From: Kiritimatiellia bacterium
Lineage (GTDB): Bacteria > Verrucomicrobiota > Kiritimatiellia > RFP12 > UBA1067
NCBI GenBank assembly: GCA_017628165.1
Contig: JAGBZQ010000010.1
Span: 1-33,931, forward strand
DNA: 33,931 nt
Direction: 5' to 3'
The number at the start of each line of letters is the position of its first letter. Position 1 is the stretch's first letter. The position numbers and the translations under genes are program-made. A model generated the notes under the pieces. The model had not been told where the DNA came from. It made no database searches and saw nothing but the letters and a program-made list of their open reading frames with translations. Positions 33,701 through 33,931 of this stretch are shown here, piece by piece.

Positions 33701-33931
33701 CGTCTCGCCGCTGTTTTCATCTAAAGTTGTACGAAGAAGATTTTCATCTGTAGGAATCTGGTAAACTGCGCTGACAGTATTAGTACAAATTTCAACGACT
33801 ATCTTGTACTCATCGCCAGTTTCCGACACAGATGAGTTAACGGCATCAAAGTAAATCGTTCCGATTCCGTTAGTATAACACGGCGAATAAATCTCTGCAT
33901 TCGTTGTATTACGCATAATCAAATGCGCCGA
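27698..33931 (-). CDS. Very large beta-rich, W/Y/N-rich protein (at least 2074 aa) with repeated jelly-roll-like modules and a lamin-tail-domain-like segment. It is probably 5'-truncated by the window edge.
   Basis: The track starts it at a TTG at 33922, but the frame stays open to 33931. The visible N-terminus (MIMRNTTNAEIYSPCYTNGIGTIYFDAV) has no signal peptide. It already sits in the motif that ends the internal modules. Confidence 0.85.
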   Translation of the reverse strand, partial: SAHLIMRNTTNAEIYSPCYTNGIGTIYFDAVNSSVSETGDEYKIVVEICTNTVSAVYQIPTDENLLRTTLDENSGETVTDRYGNAVWDRVELLPLVKNGTPNFEPAGKTNELALAINNGGTCDNFYRVCAKVDYRGPIRFRIKRVSAAEGSALTAKYVLLDNIIVSYPAMRADMEPCGEYNPNRGGAQVLGQACAWNVPFPSVNDTNILARGNAKYTTNCGNKDADTAEFFTGVKMHYRWRYLEQEYGEWQEVGLDHKNGFKADAPLQLPAGRQGDVEFWFESFLKAPYYEYVDYSGANLGLSGLYTENVAVVTNRANVYFAESMGRDWFVRLREGKSDYESIRLVAITEEEKYEGVFVKTNFVDMAVVGNGMWRGYLKTAEPLAKGVKYRFELMNRQEPGAAEWETNTAVWRATANSETLPVSDILKVADGDDDWATVPCDAVTGYLLFQIDETTRGLTVVHADYQNFNAWNDAKGSVYRGTSTSDDSVDKSGASAKSKDYVESFDNWSDMPSVNKHWREAFEYTTQQQYGDYVSFDSTVTPNNWTAENGMYIYGKYRDAQVQSNGFTDRALQMHGQGKGYIQFVDGAESPRGLESISFKVRLSQFINFDDFAYYDAPLKSTMTNYSFVAASAFDLKKNKSFTGNASLSLIGYYRRDKGFYEFRVEQAKAKNGEYNAQGQVLSLYRWTYDAKGKILSKKLGEKYVDSYGQKDNWPECSSLTGKGYRPLFISLASSPTGTCIVAGYKLSDAVTPSFSTSEISGKQYNMICYRDTSDERLKGGTYGLLSANSEGYFSNYVVFEKPIAQTAQIGPANTFDIFSNNLVTFSNPSGVATSQIRNDLWYIRPARMTAVPVSDVVTALKNVVPEQQIDILTASAGKTDWKLLKSETCDTFGTPKANDIKVYTTSDCSVKIKHNGSTDDIRTDVVIDDIELKQFRGDDWANVGGECIPGLNDASDYRGLTNIIFTSSWIKNKGILLSGRRTTPEKPASIRSPLFDGYNAGAGIGMLSFNYAPAGSSADYKTSLRKVKLLVQIATNNVNSSNIDNIHNFDSATWTTYEKDGKPFVIDFTEKDSSGKYILPENGTFSVYLGLHGVKGVVRLVMDPKVVEDVQDEMDPKNFAEILITDVLCRDEPMLDSGSWWGWNLRTLGGDLDTEKRMLLSDMYSFVRDDSTGTNVVSRGLSLALNNSWAANVEPMKEEAYKAHQPFVQTPTFVSNLVGEVSFKARKFDLGNSQPAQVTLYGSLTGSVDQNWELLEKFVVSNKTYETFSYKTDPSKAYAAFRLAVTGIDGIADPHVQNHKPEGYENPVRVLIDEVVVSEAVRARLAFRNVGAFRTHLDGTGYVSNVPSTAEQPLCNESWGIQCEIFAAQLADEIDFERTPSVRLHWFEGEYPWGYVNWKGVKGAKSALLARATGTNLIYRSSYTTAQDAIVTPSFAPGTVVQYELEVVYYQKDSNVPVTNYLSSAGSWTTPEWYAPVDKNAGKDAFTAYNILDTVAPKWAWINEVNLFGTYNSNYVNTDRDLQFVEIAVPAEADITGWSVRVLEALIGSNIVVTNTIGRFGSADLEPTKPNLTGMASNMVFRVLGNTRSRQSQRLKYADGTLDGVWNVDYPSADVSAEEISSIEPIGIQLVRGSGIVEHEIVALGTNYWSGVWESYTDMQPSNTVNALNRMMKGSDFQYVGEDNAGENLSLSVLTNRGQVSNDWSRVVTMTPGRINEGQQIDPDHPTPNGSSIIIYANLDNVFGHIYQTIGDAVNTNRNQILVIQKGSDRGTNITYTVDPWYELAGVTTNGRAAVATPLAAPRTYQVTVGVGASNNVTVVAGAKVRSDLETDYGLTVDNKYRDAIMKWLEEGSTAKGRWKNYGLEEICPVEFRSLYGTVVTNLTLTQIYWLDIDPTVSNQAFVAGMASAPLPAIKDGYLGSESVTNVKMSVKMFVTNTSENAETYFNGKTAYAPYTLRGLEPGSLSKDLAGNVAWTSVTFKVAGLLANGLTSEQNEQNWVPLRWFVFDDNSFDADFISKIEVKDPLGTESPGYGAGWSEWVEQHGQTPIFFKWAIDTKLKPFTVELLKKENYYGN
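29130..29440 (-). other. Lamin-tail-domain (LTD)-like segment in the 2074-aa protein
   Basis: PKWAWINEVNLFGTYNSNYVNTDRDLQFVEIAVPAEADITGWSVRVLE resembles the LTD core pattern (INE ... E[FW][IV]E[IL] ... [DV]L[ST]GW). This is motif-level evidence only and the coordinates are approximate. Confidence 0.4.

Noticed and set aside
1-33931. Mobile element, genomic island, CRISPR array, tRNA or other RNA genes
   Set aside because: There is no non-coding stretch longer than 69 nt. I see no integrase, transposase or recombinase-like ORF, no spaced direct repeats and no flanking inverted repeats. By eye, the composition of the giant genes looks like that of the housekeeping genes (not computed).

Overview
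The window is a 33.9-kb, tightly packed array of 14 genes, all on the minus strand. No intergenic gap exceeds 69 nt and there are three start/stop overlaps. I see no tRNA, rRNA, CRISPR array, transposase or integrase. By eye the GC content is moderately high (not computed). The gene content fits a PVC-group bacterium (Verrucomicrobiota, Lentisphaerota or Kiritimatiellota-like); that assignment is inference only.

In transcription order (right to left) the genes are:
- A >2074-aa beta-rich protein, open at the right edge of the window.
- An overlapping 118-aa coiled-coil lipoprotein.
- A 4182-aa secreted or lipidated giant protein with Calx/PKD-like Ig modules, at least 16 bacterial thrombospondin-type-3 (TSP3) Ca-binding repeats and a LamG domain.
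- ackA, pta and kdsD/kpsF.
- A five-gene type-IV-pilus-like envelope cluster: a secreted 248-aa protein, a PilM-PilN fusion, an Amuc_1100-like protein, a membrane-anchored TSP3-repeat protein, and an 1107-aa secretin with TPR and acidic repeats.
- coaE, rho (with an N/Q/P-rich N-terminal extension) and the 5' half of uvrA.

The two best candidates for something new are the pilin-less and ATPase-less PilMN/Amuc_1100/secretin machine and the giant-protein module. They share the same Ca-binding repeat type. All long plus-strand ORFs in the track look like antisense shadows of the minus-strand genes.
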